Shown piece after piece: positions 1 to 9,985 of a stretch of 64,000 nucleotides of DNA. Origin of the DNA: a bacterium (lineage in GTDB: Bacteria > Patescibacteriota > Microgenomatia > UBA1400 > UBA12108); contig JAJYKS010000004.1 of assembly GCA_021788365.1 (NCBI GenBank), forward strand, positions 28,284 through 92,283. Reading direction: 5' to 3'. Every line of letters begins with the position of its first letter. Position 1 is the first letter of the stretch. The notes below the pieces were generated by a model, which was not told the DNA's origin, made no database searches, and worked only from the letters and a program-made list of their open reading frames with translations. The translations under genes were made by a program, and so were the position numbers.

Positions 1-2
1 AA

Positions 3-563
3 GATCTTGAGAATCGCCTCGCACAAGGAGACAAGATTCTCTCAGCCTACTATGACTTTCATTTGGACGATGTACGTCCACCGCTATTTCTAGAGCGCTT
101 CTCACGTGTGCATATGGCAGATGGCTTACGCGACATCACACTCACGGGCAAAATCGATCGCATGGAATGGTCCGACGAATCTGATCGTCTCATCCGGGTC
201 ATAGATTACAAAACCGGGAAGGGAAAGACGGTAGGACAAATCGAAGGGACGACGGCTGACAGTCGTGGAGATCTCAAGCGTCAGCTGATCTTTTACAAGT
301 TGTTAATCGACTTAGATACTCGGTTAAAAGTACATTTTGGCGAAGCAGAATTAGACTTCGTCGAAGAGCCTGCAGTAAGTAATAAAGATGGAATACGACG
401 TTTTAAGATCGCCGATGAAGAGGTGGTTGAGCTTAAAAAAGTAATTTTAGATGCCATGAAAGAAATTCGCGCGCTGCATTTCCCCCGCACCAAAAACTAT
501 AAAACATGTGAAACGTGTGTATTTCGAGACCATTGTTGGCCCGAAGGCATCCCCACTACCTAA
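3..563 (+). CDS. C-terminal PD-(D/E)xK nuclease domain of a UvrD/AddA-like helicase-nuclease (5' end outside window)
   Basis: Frame open from window start; GKIDR...VIDYKTG and QLxFY motifs; C-terminal CxxCxxxxxC Fe-S-type Cys cluster. Confidence 0.8.
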   Translation, partial: DLENRLAQGDKILSAYYDFHLDDVRPPLFLERFSRVHMADGLRDITLTGKIDRMEWSDESDRLIRVIDYKTGKGKTVGQIEGTTADSRGDLKRQLIFYKLLIDLDTRLKVHFGEAELDFVEEPAVSNKDGIRRFKIADEEVVELKKVILDAMKEIRALHFPRTKNYKTCETCVFRDHCWPEGIPTT

Positions 564-630
564 AAACTCCTCGCCGCCGTCACCAAGGCAGGTATAATGC
601 TACTAGCATAAGAAAAACAAAAAGGAATTT

Positions 631-1497
631 ATGCCATTATGGTTTATTCTCACTATCGTATCAGTTACCATTCTTGCCTTCGCTGAAATAGCCCAAAAAG
701 TCGCTCTCAATCGAAAAGATGATATTAGTGCTGAAGCAAACAATTTCGGAGTTTGGATATTTCAGGGAACTCTCGCGCTAATCTATGTATTTTTGTTCAC
801 GAAGCCCATATTTCCAACTTTAACGATTAACCTACTAGTAAAAATGTTTGCTTTAGGTAGCATCTATTTCTGGGCGGGAACACTGTACTACACAAGCTAT
901 AAAGGTGGTGCAGCAAGTGTAAATAGTATCTTGGTAAGCTCATCAATTATTGTATCAACCGCGCTAGGCATAATATTCTTCCACGAATCAGTAACACTTC
1001 TAAAATTCGTCGGGTCTGTCATTATATTACTGGCAATTGTTTATCTTAACTATGACAAAAAATTAAAGTGGAACAAATCAAACAATTATGCACTTGCTGG
1101 CGCCGCACTGTATGGCATTGCGTTTACATTAGACAAAGGTTTTTCACTCGAATTTACTCCTCACATATATCAAGTTCTTTTTGCCTTTAGTATAGGAATC
1201 GTTGGCTTGTTATATCGAGGGAAAATAATAGTTAAAGATCTAAGAAGAATAGAACCGAACACAATTAAAGTTGTATTTATATCTGCTCTCACATTCTTCA
1301 TTTGGAACAAGCTGAACTTTGTGGCATATACAGTAGGAGGCGAAGTTGGTCGCATCGACTCAATCAACAACGCTGTTGTATTCATAATAATTCTACTGGA
1401 AGTGTTTCTACTCAAAGATAAATCTAACCTGCACAAAAAAATTATCTCAGCAGCAATAGCACTAGCCGGGATTTCAATACTCGGTATTGTGAAATGA
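631..1497 (+). CDS. EamA/DMT family transporter
   Basis: 288 aa, about 10 hydrophobic helices in two repeats, LGIIFFHE motif; visibly AT-rich. Confidence 0.8.
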   Translation: MPLWFILTIVSVTILAFAEIAQKVALNRKDDISAEANNFGVWIFQGTLALIYVFLFTKPIFPTLTINLLVKMFALGSIYFWAGTLYYTSYKGGAASVNSILVSSSIIVSTALGIIFFHESVTLLKFVGSVIILLAIVYLNYDKKLKWNKSNNYALAGAALYGIAFTLDKGFSLEFTPHIYQVLFAFSIGIVGLLYRGKIIVKDLRRIEPNTIKVVFISALTFFIWNKLNFVAYTVGGEVGRIDSINNAVVFIIILLEVFLLKDKSNLHKKIISAAIALAGISILGIVK

Positions 1498-1531
1498 TAT
1501 ACTTACGCAGTAGCTCATAAAAGGAGGTATC

Positions 1532-1816
1532 ATGCCAAAAGCAAAACCAGCACCAAAGAAGAAACCAGTGGTTAGTAAAAAAATGAAAGAAGAATTCAAG
1601 GTTGAGGGCAAGAAGGTCGTCACCAAAATCAAACAGCTTATCAAAGAAGGCAACGTCCGCCGCATCACGGTAAAAGACAATAAAGGGAAAACCATCCTTT
1701 CCCTGCCAGTTACCGCTGGAGTCATTGGTGCGGTGCTAATTCCTGCGCTTGCCGTGATTGGCACGCTTGCCGCCCTCGTTACCGAGTGTACGGTCAGTGT
1801 CGAACGCACGAAATAA
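1532..1816 (+). CDS. DUF4342 domain protein
   Basis: KIKQLIKEGNVRRITVK...LPVTAG signature; SD aggaggt upstream. Confidence 0.8.
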   Translation: MPKAKPAPKKKPVVSKKMKEEFKVEGKKVVTKIKQLIKEGNVRRITVKDNKGKTILSLPVTAGVIGAVLIPALAVIGTLAALVTECTVSVERTK

Positions 1817-2827
1817 TTAGCGTAACGCGTGAAGTAGCTTCCAGCGGACTTCTTCCACTGTTCGGATGAGCGGGTAAAGAAAGGGATTCGCTACATAATC
1901 CCAGGTTCCCATGTACTCGGCGTGCCGTGCGCCGTACCCAAGCTTAAATGTATGGAATCCGTACCACGGGTCGTGAGGGTCGGCATCTACCCCCAGCGCT
2001 CCCCACATGTCGAGATATTGCAGCCCCCACAGTTTGGCCAACCGTATTGCCTCCCACATGACGAGATTGTTAGCCATTACCTCGCGATGTTCTCGTGTGC
2101 TCGCACCATAGGGATAGTAGAGGGTATTGCCAAACCGGAAGAGTATCCAGGCGGTAATGATCTCCCCTTCGTATTTTGCCGTTAAAATATGAGCAATACC
2201 CGCATCGTGCAAGGTCTCCCACATCTTTCGGTGGTAGGCTGGTGTATGTGCATAAAAACCTTGCCTCTTTGTCGTCTCGGTGGTGAGCTCTAGGTATCGC
2301 TCAAATGCGAGGGGGGAATCGTCTATTGCCACAGTTACCCCTCGCTTCTCCGCAACCCGTATGTTGTACCGGGTCTTCTGCTTCATATTTTTGAGGAGAT
2401 CTTCTTCGCTCGGAGTCACATCCAACACAAAGTTATATTTGGTAAACAATGGTCGCCCCGGCACGAAGCCAACGCCTCTTAAATCTTGAATCTTAAATCT
2501 TGAATCTTGCACCTCAATCTTTGGCTCGCACTTTATGTACACGCAGGCATATTGCTTCGCAATTTTTTGCAGCACCTCAGCGGTCTGAGCGTTTAGTGGC
2601 ATACTACCTTTTGGGTAGTAGCCAATAGTCCAGGGCGTGTGAGGAATAGGGTGAATGGTGACTTGTGCAGGTAGGGTAAATTTGTTTCGCGTAAATACGC
2701 CGTATCGTGCCACACGCACACCGGTCTTCTCTCGGAACTCACCCCACTCCCAGGATTGCATGGGGTGCCGGACAAGCTTGTCCCACTGTGCCTTGTATTT
2801 CCCATCAGTAACTTCCAGAATAGACAT
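1817..2827 (-). CDS. FemAB/FemX family peptidoglycan bridge aminoacyltransferase
   Basis: HPMQSWEWGEF, KTRYNIRVAEKRGV, YYPYGAS and FKLGYG motifs. Confidence 0.9.
   Translation of the reverse strand: MSILEVTDGKYKAQWDKLVRHPMQSWEWGEFREKTGVRVARYGVFTRNKFTLPAQVTIHPIPHTPWTIGYYPKGSMPLNAQTAEVLQKIAKQYACVYIKCEPKIEVQDSRFKIQDLRGVGFVPGRPLFTKYNFVLDVTPSEEDLLKNMKQKTRYNIRVAEKRGVTVAIDDSPLAFERYLELTTETTKRQGFYAHTPAYHRKMWETLHDAGIAHILTAKYEGEIITAWILFRFGNTLYYPYGASTREHREVMANNLVMWEAIRLAKLWGLQYLDMWGALGVDADPHDPWYGFHTFKLGYGARHAEYMGTWDYVANPFLYPLIRTVEEVRWKLLHALR
2477..2509. repeat. 7-nt periodic element (tcttaaa/tcttgaa) in-frame in femX
   Basis: tcttaaa tcttgaa tcttaaa tcttgaa tcttg; encodes QDSRFKIQDLR. Confidence 0.8.
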
Positions 2828-2845
2828 GAGACAATTGTAGCATCG

Positions 2846-4825
2846 CTATCGGTTCAAGAGTTCGTCAACCGACAAATTACCAGAAAGAAAATCATCAAGC
2901 GTGGTATCCGACAATGAGTCTATCCGAATACCCGACTTCTTCGTTTTTAGTTGCGCCCCGTGCTCCCGCCAAAAATCTGCATCACTTTTTGTAATCTTCT
3001 GAAACTCCGACTTACCCGCCGAAGCCTTGGCGAAGGAGGGTTCACCGACTGACTGAATTAACTGAGGATTAATCTCATCGATGAATCGACTCTTGGTTTG
3101 CATACCCTGGCTACCCCATAGCACTCGACTCCTTGCCCAAGACAAGTAAAGTGTTTGTTTTGCTCGGGTTATACCGACATACGCGAGCCGTCGCTCCTCT
3201 TCCATCTCCTCGTTGTCAGTGAGACTACGAGAGTGGGGGAAGAGTCCTTCTTCCATTCCCACAATAAACACAATAGGAAACTCGAGCCCCTTTGCCGCAT
3301 GGAGAGTCATGAGCATAACAGTATCTTTAGATTTTTTTGATTTTTCATCCGCATAATACTCGCTCTGCACGAGCGCAACATTTTCAAGGAAAGTGGGCAA
3401 ATCGGCAAACTCAGTTGCAACGCTTTGCAGCTCGCGTATATTTTCTATGCGAGACAAGTCCTCATCTACTTCTTCATCAAATTGTTTAAGGAATTGGGAG
3501 GCAGTCAAAACTTCCTCAAGTAGGACGGCAGGGGATACCGTCTTAATAGGCATAGTCTCGAGAAGTCGCATCACATCCGCCAGTCGCCGCTTACCATTTT
3601 TTTCTGCTCGAGCCATAGAAACTCCATCATCCGGATTGAGGAGGATACGTAGGTATGCCAAAAGATCTTTTATCTCCTTGCGCTCATAAAACTTTGTCCC
3701 ACCCACCAAGACGTAAGGCACCCCCGAGCGTATAAATGCCTCCTCAATCCCGCGACTTTGGGCATTGGTGCGATACAGGATCGCGATGTCGCTCCACGAA
3801 TGGTCTGTGTGGAGCCGTACAATTTCGTCAGTTACCCGCCGTGCCTCCTCACTACCGCTATAATTCTCGAGAAGTCGTATCTTCTCTCCGTCTCCTGCAT
3901 CGGTCCAGAGATTTAGAACGGGGTGCCCATGGTTGTTGTCAATGACGTTCGTAGCAGCAGTAAGGATATTTTGCGTCGAGCGATAGTTGCGTTCCAATCG
4001 GATCTCGGTCAGCGTAGGATAGTCCTTTTTCAATCGTTCGATATTGCGGTAGTCTGCTCCACGCCAGCGGTAAATTGACTGAGACGCATCTCCAACAACA
4101 GTAAGTCGCTTATCCCGATCAGCTAAAAGTTTTGTTAGGGTGTACTGTGCAGTATTTGTATCTTGATATTCGTCAACAAAAATATAACGAAACTGGTCCT
4201 GATAATATGATAATACAGTCGGATTACGCTGAAACATACGAACAACTAGAGAGAGGAGATCGTCAAAGTCCACCGCCGAATATGTTTTGAGATTTTTTTC
4301 ATACTGCTGATATACGTCAGCAACAACCTCTTGGAACGGTCCGCGAGCCAGAGTGGCATAAGTTGAGGCGTCCACCAGCTCTTGTTTTGCTCCCGATATG
4401 GCCCCCATAATGGCTCGGGGTCGATAACGCTTGGGGTCAAGATTAAGAGTTGCAGAGATTTGTTTCACGAGATCCTCTTGGTCACCATCATCATAAATAA
4501 CAAAATCCGGAGACAGTCCAGCGGCAGTGGCATTTCGTCGTATAAGTCGTGCCGCCATCGAATGAAAGGTTCCCACATTGGGGAGTCGAGCGCCGGTTAC
4601 CCGTGTAACGCGCTCCCGCATTTCACCGGCAGCCTTGTTGGTAAAAGTGACAAGGAGTATTTCTTCGGGCTGTGCCTCGCCACTATGGACAAGATGTGCA
4701 GCTTTGTAGGTTAGAGTCTTGGTCTTACCGCTCCCGGCTCCGGCGAGTATAAGAAGCGGTGAGCCAGTATGGAGTGCGGCACTACGTTGCTCTTCGTTTA
4801 GTTCGTTCAGGTACTCTTCCGCCAT
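2846..4825 (-). CDS. pcrA: ATP-dependent DNA helicase PcrA/UvrD
   Basis: AGAGSGKT, VDEYQDTN, VGDASQSIYRWRGA, MTLHAAKGLEF, EERRLAYVGITRA; start 4825 chosen because TATTAT lies 7 nt upstream. Confidence 0.95.
   Translation of the reverse strand: MAEEYLNELNEEQRSAALHTGSPLLILAGAGSGKTKTLTYKAAHLVHSGEAQPEEILLVTFTNKAAGEMRERVTRVTGARLPNVGTFHSMAARLIRRNATAAGLSPDFVIYDDGDQEDLVKQISATLNLDPKRYRPRAIMGAISGAKQELVDASTYATLARGPFQEVVADVYQQYEKNLKTYSAVDFDDLLSLVVRMFQRNPTVLSYYQDQFRYIFVDEYQDTNTAQYTLTKLLADRDKRLTVVGDASQSIYRWRGADYRNIERLKKDYPTLTEIRLERNYRSTQNILTAATNVIDNNHGHPVLNLWTDAGDGEKIRLLENYSGSEEARRVTDEIVRLHTDHSWSDIAILYRTNAQSRGIEEAFIRSGVPYVLVGGTKFYERKEIKDLLAYLRILLNPDDGVSMARAEKNGKRRLADVMRLLETMPIKTVSPAVLLEEVLTASQFLKQFDEEVDEDLSRIENIRELQSVATEFADLPTFLENVALVQSEYYADEKSKKSKDTVMLMTLHAAKGLEFPIVFIVGMEEGLFPHSRSLTDNEEMEEERRLAYVGITRAKQTLYLSWARSRVLWGSQGMQTKSRFIDEINPQLIQSVGEPSFAKASAGKSEFQKITKSDADFWREHGAQLKTKKSGIRIDSLSDTTLDDFLSGNLSVDELLNR
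3015..3040. repeat. Short hairpin element (CCGAAGC..GCGxAGG family) in-frame in pcrA tail
   Basis: cccgccgaagccttggcgaaggaggg; related copy at 22417-22442. Confidence 0.65.
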
Positions 4826-4899
4826 GTGCTCCATAATATCCTAAAAGCCGCTCCTGCGGTATACTCAGGTTACTGCCACACGACACATATAAGCATGCT

Positions 4900-5625
4900 A
4901 TGACATTCTTAATACTCGCCAACTTCAAGTCTCACAAACTCGCCTCCGAGGCGAAAAAATGGCTCGAAATTGTCTCAGCTCACCCATTCTTGAGTGAAGT
5001 TGAAGTATCGGTAGCACCAAGTCACATACATCTCGAACTGTTTTCCGACAAACTAGCTCACCGACAACCTGACGTACAGACTCGCCGATCCACCGATTCG
5101 CCGGATATCTCCCTTGCCGCCCAGGACGTCTCTCCCTTTCCCGTGGGTTCGTACACCGGGGCGGTAAACGCCTCGCAGCTAGTCGATCTTGATATAAAAT
5201 ATTGCCTCGTTGGTCACTCCGAGCGCCGCCGATATTTCCACGAAACTCCATCCGACGTAGCCGCTAAAGTACGCCAACTACTAGATGTAGGAATCACTCC
5301 CATAATCTGTCTGTCTACAGAGGACATTACGCCGCAATTTGCTGCACTCGACGATTCACTTCGCGCTCGCTGCCTCTTTTGTTACGAACCACCCGGAGAT
5401 ATTGGCGGCACGGAAAGCGCCGCGCCCGAGGATATAAAAAAGGTTACCGATCGCATCCACTCATACGCCCCCACTCACCCAGTGATGTATGGTGGCTCGG
5501 TCAACGAACAGAACGTTGCAGCGCTCCGCTTGCTTGGACTTGGTGGAGTACTTGTCGCAACAGCCTGTCTTGATCCAAAGCAGTTTATAGCAACAATAGA
5601 GGCATATATTCATGGAAAAGGTTAA
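4900..5625 (+). CDS. tpiA: Triosephosphate isomerase
   Basis: ANFK, GSYTG, LVGHSERR, YEP and YGGSV motifs. Confidence 0.92.
   Translation: MTFLILANFKSHKLASEAKKWLEIVSAHPFLSEVEVSVAPSHIHLELFSDKLAHRQPDVQTRRSTDSPDISLAAQDVSPFPVGSYTGAVNASQLVDLDIKYCLVGHSERRRYFHETPSDVAAKVRQLLDVGITPIICLSTEDITPQFAALDDSLRARCLFCYEPPGDIGGTESAAPEDIKKVTDRIHSYAPTHPVMYGGSVNEQNVAALRLLGLGGVLVATACLDPKQFIATIEAYIHGKG
5045..5102 (+). repeat. 8-nt periodic element in-frame in tpiA
   Basis: ccgacaaa ctagctca ccgacaac ctgacgta cagactcg ccgatcca ccgattcg; 38/58 ungapped identity to 37830-37887 (manual count). Confidence 0.65.
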
Positions 5626-6616
5626 GGGACTGCTGCATCATCCATGGCTACTTACCATGGTTGGTATACTCGTGGTGGGGCTAGCGGCGCTTGGTGTATG
5701 GTACGCCAAGAACCGCACCGCACAAAAAATCGTCACTGGTATAGTTGCGAGACCAGAAGAGACAATAAAAAGTGATGGCGGTCGTACCAACATACTACTT
5801 CTTGGCATTGGCGGCGCCGGCCACGAAGGTCCCGATTTAACCGACAGTATGATCCTTGTTTCCATAAATCAGACAACGCATAAAGTTTCCATGATCTCGA
5901 TTCCTCGGGATATATGGGTTACGTCTATGCAGGCAAAAATCAACACGGCTTACTATTACGGGTCTCAAAAAAATGGGGTAACGGGTGGTCTTAATCTCGA
6001 AAAATCGGTGGTGACTGAAGTGACCGGTTTGCCGGTACACTACGTGGTTATGATTGATTTCAATGGTTTTGTAAAGGCAATCGATGCAGTCGGTGGTCTC
6101 GACATTACCGTCGATCGCACGTTCGACGACTACATGTATCCAATACCCGGGAAAGAAAATGCCGAGCCAGAGAGTGCACGCTACGAGCATATCCATTTTG
6201 ACGCGGGTCCAGCACACATGGATGGCACAACAGCCTTAAAATTCGCCCGATCTCGCCACGCAGAAGGAATAGAAGGAACCGATTTTGCCCGGTCAGTTCG
6301 TCAACAAAAGATACTTGTCGCTTTCAAGAACAAACTACTATCAGGTGCGACATTGTTCAACTTCAATACACTACAAAAAGTAGAAAATAGCTTCCTAGGC
6401 TCGATCACTACCGACATCGATGCAGGGCAGTATGGCAGCTTCTTTAAGTTGTTTCTAGCGTTCGAGCAAAGCGGGCAAGTGGTTCAGCCAATAAACATCG
6501 ACGATCTATTAACAAACCCGACAAATACAACTCCCTATCAAGGACAATGGGTATTAATTCCGGTCAAAGATTGGGCAGCGGTACACGACTATGTGGCAAA
6601 AAATCTTTCGCAATGA
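5612..6616 (+). CDS. LCP (LytR-CpsA-Psr) family cell-wall ligase
   Basis: N-terminal TM; NILLLG, TDSMILVS, SIPRD, FARSR, DFARSVRQQ. Confidence 0.92.
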   Translation: MEKVKGLLHHPWLLTMVGILVVGLAALGVWYAKNRTAQKIVTGIVARPEETIKSDGGRTNILLLGIGGAGHEGPDLTDSMILVSINQTTHKVSMISIPRDIWVTSMQAKINTAYYYGSQKNGVTGGLNLEKSVVTEVTGLPVHYVVMIDFNGFVKAIDAVGGLDITVDRTFDDYMYPIPGKENAEPESARYEHIHFDAGPAHMDGTTALKFARSRHAEGIEGTDFARSVRQQKILVAFKNKLLSGATLFNFNTLQKVENSFLGSITTDIDAGQYGSFFKLFLAFEQSGQVVQPINIDDLLTNPTNTTPYQGQWVLIPVKDWAAVHDYVAKNLSQ

Positions 6617-9041
6617 AAAAAAAGGTCTGACCTTTACGTGGTTGTGGATAGTCGTCTGGCTCCTCGCCATAGCCATCCGTCTATACGGTGCGACCACTCC
6701 AGCCCAGTACTATGATATGGGCACATTCCATTCGTGGGCGATAACAATGGATCGTGTAGGCCCAACTCATTTTTTTAGTTCCACTTGGTCCGACTACATG
6801 CCGCTTCCGCTGTACACGCTCGTTCCTGTTCTGTGGATTTCAACTGCCGCGCATCTTTCATTTGATCTCGTATTTAAACTTATGATGTCCACAATTGAGC
6901 TTACGCTCATTTACTTTATTGCTCGGTCGCTAAAGCACATCACACGATACAAGGGCATCATTGTACTTCTCTTGCTTTCCCCGGTTTTGATTGGCAATAC
7001 AGCTTTCTGGGGTCAAGTAGATACGATCCCGGCACTCATGACTTTACTTTCCCTCCTGCTCATCACACCCGGTGTGAAAAAAGCGACCTCACACACAGGG
7101 TGTGTGATATTCTCCGCCACTCTTTTCGGTCTTTCTGTGGCCTACAAGCCCATCATGCTCGTCGCGCTACCGGTATTTCTAGTGATTATGCTCCGTCGGT
7201 CGTTTTTTCCGTCCATCCTTTATTTCCTAACATCTTTAGCTGCATTTTTGGTGACGGCAATGCCCATGAACGGATCGGGTAATCCCGCTACCGCGTTCAT
7301 ATTGTTGTTCTCTCGCGCCTTGTCTCAATCGGGAACATATCCGTACACAACCATAAACGCGTGGAATCTGTGGTCGGTAATTCCCCATCCCTCGTCATGG
7401 CCACCGGACAATCAAATAGTGCTTGGATTATCCGCGCACACGTTTGGTCTCATACTGTTCTCGCTTGCAGCTGTGTACACCTTGCTTGGATGGAGGAAAG
7501 CGAAATGGGATCGAAAATACGTCTTCCGTATCGTGGCAACGCTCCTCATTGCTTTTTATACCTTTACCACCCGCATGCACGAGCGTCATCTGTTGTTCGG
7601 CATTCCCGCGCTTGCAATTGCTGTGGCCTTTGACACGTGGCTCATTATTCCGTACACGATCTTGACAATTACCTATTCCATAAATCTCTGGGCAGCATTT
7701 TATTGGGTAAATAACAGCCAGACCTGGCCGGTTGCTCCGTGGGTTATGGGGGCGGTATCGTGGGTAAACGTACTGACGACGTTCGCCATGGTAATGATTT
7801 GGGATTGGCCCAAATACACGCAAAAAATCCGACTATGGTTATCTCGTAATAAGATGCTATTCCTCGTACTCTGTCTTGCAAGCTTTTTACGTATCTACAA
7901 CCTGTCCTATCCCAAAGTGTATATTTTCGACGAAGTGTACCATGCCTTTACAGCACGGCAATATCTACACAACAATAAGGCCGCATGGGAGTGGTGGACG
8001 ACACCGCCGAAGGGTGTGGCATACGAGTGGACACATCCACCAGTCGCAAAATATGGCATGGTTGCCGGCATGCTTCTATTTGGAGAGAATAGCTTTGGCT
8101 GGCGTATTGGTTCTGCCATAGCTGGAGTCTTAAGTGTTCTTGGCCTCTATAAATTAGTGCTAACACTAACAAAGAACCGGAGAGCGGCGCTTCTCTCAGC
8201 CTTCTTTGTTTCAATAGAGGGACTACACCTTTCACAATCACGAATTGGCATGAACGACATGTATATGCTTGTATTCTACGTGTGGTCGCTGTACCTAGCG
8301 GTAAAATCGCGGTGGAAATGGAGTGCAATCCTCTTTGGTCTCTCACTCGCGTCAAAATGGTCCGCGCTATACGGTATTATTCCCCTGGGTATCGTGTATC
8401 TCCACGAGAAGTGGTCACTCCTCCGGGCTCCCATTAACATCCTCCGCGCAATACTTCACACCCTACGGTTGCTGCTTATCGTAATAATTATCTATATCCT
8501 TGCCTTTACCCCATTTTTTGTAATTGGTCACACTTGGGGACAGTGGTGGGAACTGCAGCGGCAGATGTGGTACTACCACACCCACCTGAAAGCCACGCAC
8601 GCGTACCAATCAATACCGCTACAGTGGATATTCGACATTCGTCCAGTATGGTATTACGTAGACTATGGCAAAAGCGTGATCAGCAACATCTACGCGCAGG
8701 GCAATCCTCTTGTCCTCTGGTTGGGCCTCGTTTCTTTTGTCATGCTACTGCCAAAAATACGAAAATATCCATACCTACTTCTTAGCGCCAGCTACCTTAT
8801 TTTTACCGTTCCCTGGGCGTTCTCCCCGCGCATTATGTTTTTCTATCACTACCTCCCGAGCGCTTTTTTTCTCTGTAGTCTTCTCGCGCTGTGGCTGTCA
8901 GAGATACCCAGAAAAGTATGGATAGCGTGTATCGCACTTTGTGTTGTGTGCTTTATATTTTTGATTCCGGTGTACTACGGCACGCCCATGCCCCACTGGT
9001 ACTGGAACTCGCTGTTCTCGATTATGCCATCCTGGAAATAG
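6591..9041 (+). CDS. GT-C glycosyltransferase fused to PMT (GT39) protein O-mannosyltransferase
   Basis: N-half DYMP, WGQVD, TINAWNLW, RMHERH; C-half IFDEVYH, HPPVAK, SRIGMND, HAYQS, FFYHYLP; polytopic. Confidence 0.8.
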   Translation: MWQKIFRNEKKGLTFTWLWIVVWLLAIAIRLYGATTPAQYYDMGTFHSWAITMDRVGPTHFFSSTWSDYMPLPLYTLVPVLWISTAAHLSFDLVFKLMMSTIELTLIYFIARSLKHITRYKGIIVLLLLSPVLIGNTAFWGQVDTIPALMTLLSLLLITPGVKKATSHTGCVIFSATLFGLSVAYKPIMLVALPVFLVIMLRRSFFPSILYFLTSLAAFLVTAMPMNGSGNPATAFILLFSRALSQSGTYPYTTINAWNLWSVIPHPSSWPPDNQIVLGLSAHTFGLILFSLAAVYTLLGWRKAKWDRKYVFRIVATLLIAFYTFTTRMHERHLLFGIPALAIAVAFDTWLIIPYTILTITYSINLWAAFYWVNNSQTWPVAPWVMGAVSWVNVLTTFAMVMIWDWPKYTQKIRLWLSRNKMLFLVLCLASFLRIYNLSYPKVYIFDEVYHAFTARQYLHNNKAAWEWWTTPPKGVAYEWTHPPVAKYGMVAGMLLFGENSFGWRIGSAIAGVLSVLGLYKLVLTLTKNRRAALLSAFFVSIEGLHLSQSRIGMNDMYMLVFYVWSLYLAVKSRWKWSAILFGLSLASKWSALYGIIPLGIVYLHEKWSLLRAPINILRAILHTLRLLLIVIIIYILAFTPFFVIGHTWGQWWELQRQMWYYHTHLKATHAYQSIPLQWIFDIRPVWYYVDYGKSVISNIYAQGNPLVLWLGLVSFVMLLPKIRKYPYLLLSASYLIFTVPWAFSPRIMFFYHYLPSAFFLCSLLALWLSEIPRKVWIACIALCVVCFIFLIPVYYGTPMPHWYWNSLFSIMPSWK
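6621..6635. repeat. Minimal AAGGTCTGACCTT palindrome (REP-like family A)
   Basis: aaaggtc t gaccttt; matches the arms of 9090-9139. Confidence 0.55.
7063..7107. repeat. Double CACACC.GGTGTG palindrome element in-frame in the glycosyltransferase
   Basis: tcacacccggtgtga...tcacacacagggtgtgtga; related copies at 17351 and 56416. Confidence 0.75.
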
Positions 9042-9089
9042 GGCGGAGAGACCTGAAACTCTCAAATAAGTAAACCGAAGTAGGGTGAG

Positions 9090-9139
9090 AAGGTCTGACT
9101 TGTATGGAAGTGCCCAACCCGAAGGGCAGGTCAGACCTT
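9090..9139. repeat. REP/MITE-like hairpin element, family A, between convergent genes
   Basis: 13-bp inverted arms aaggtctgacttg / caggtcagacctt; internal atggaagtgcccaa also at 52817. Confidence 0.8.
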
Positions 9140-9154
9140 ATTGGTTCTATGTAA

Positions 9155-9985
9155 TTAGAGCAATAGCAGTCCCAGTGCTCCCACGAGAAGGAGGAGGACA
9201 CCAGCACCCATCGTACCAGCCGTCACCTCAAACACACCGGCAGTGGGGAGTGCCGAGGGAGCAGAGGATGGTGGCAAGCTAACCTGTCCGGTTGCGGTAA
9301 TAGAAACACTGCAGGAACTTGTTTGACCATTGGTAGAAGCAACAGTCGCGGTATTGGCAACCGACTGCGTTCCAGCCGCAGTAACTTTCACACGAATAGA
9401 CCGGGAAGCTTGCGAGCCGCCGGCGAGAGCACCGATGGTACAAGTGACAATACGCGAAGCAGAATCATACGTGCAGCCATTATCAGCATCCATAAAGGTG
9501 AGGTTGGTAGACAGGGGATCGGTAATAGTAGTGTCAGATGCCGCAGTACCACCGCTATTGCCAGCAACGATGTTATAAACAATCGCCTGACCACTTTGGA
9601 TGGTAGAAGTATCGGTGATTTCGTTATTGAGGAAGTAGAACCCAGCAGTGTTGCGGGAGTCATCCTGATACATGCGTTTCACAACACAAGTGAGATTGGC
9701 ACCGGTCGTTGTGGAGGGTGATGGTGAAGGGGATTCCGACGGCGAGGATGAGGGCGACGACGAAGGGGGTACAGAAGCAGTGACAGTAAAAGAAAGCGAG
9801 CAGGTAGCGGGGTTCACCTGCAGAACCGGTGCAGTAGTGGGTGTCGGGAGTGGTGTGGGAGTTGGTGTTGATGTAGGTGGCTGTACAACAGGTCGCCGTA
9901 CCAGGAAAACAACGAGGACAGCGGCGACAATGGTGCCAAATACACCGAGGCCTATGAGAAGCGTCTTTTTAGCGTTAGTCGTCAT
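9155..9985 (-). CDS. DUF11 domain surface protein with LPxTG-like sorting signal (LPTAG)
   Basis: N-terminal TM, P/T/S-rich linkers, DUF11-like GQAIVYNIVAGN..ITDPLSTNLTF, C-terminal LPTAG plus hydrophobic tail; ATGA overlap with upstream gene. Confidence 0.75.
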   Translation of the reverse strand: MTTNAKKTLLIGLGVFGTIVAAVLVVFLVRRPVVQPPTSTPTPTPLPTPTTAPVLQVNPATCSLSFTVTASVPPSSSPSSSPSESPSPSPSTTTGANLTCVVKRMYQDDSRNTAGFYFLNNEITDTSTIQSGQAIVYNIVAGNSGGTAASDTTITDPLSTNLTFMDADNGCTYDSASRIVTCTIGALAGGSQASRSIRVKVTAAGTQSVANTATVASTNGQTSSCSVSITATGQVSLPPSSAPSALPTAGVFEVTAGTMGAGVLLLLVGALGLLLL

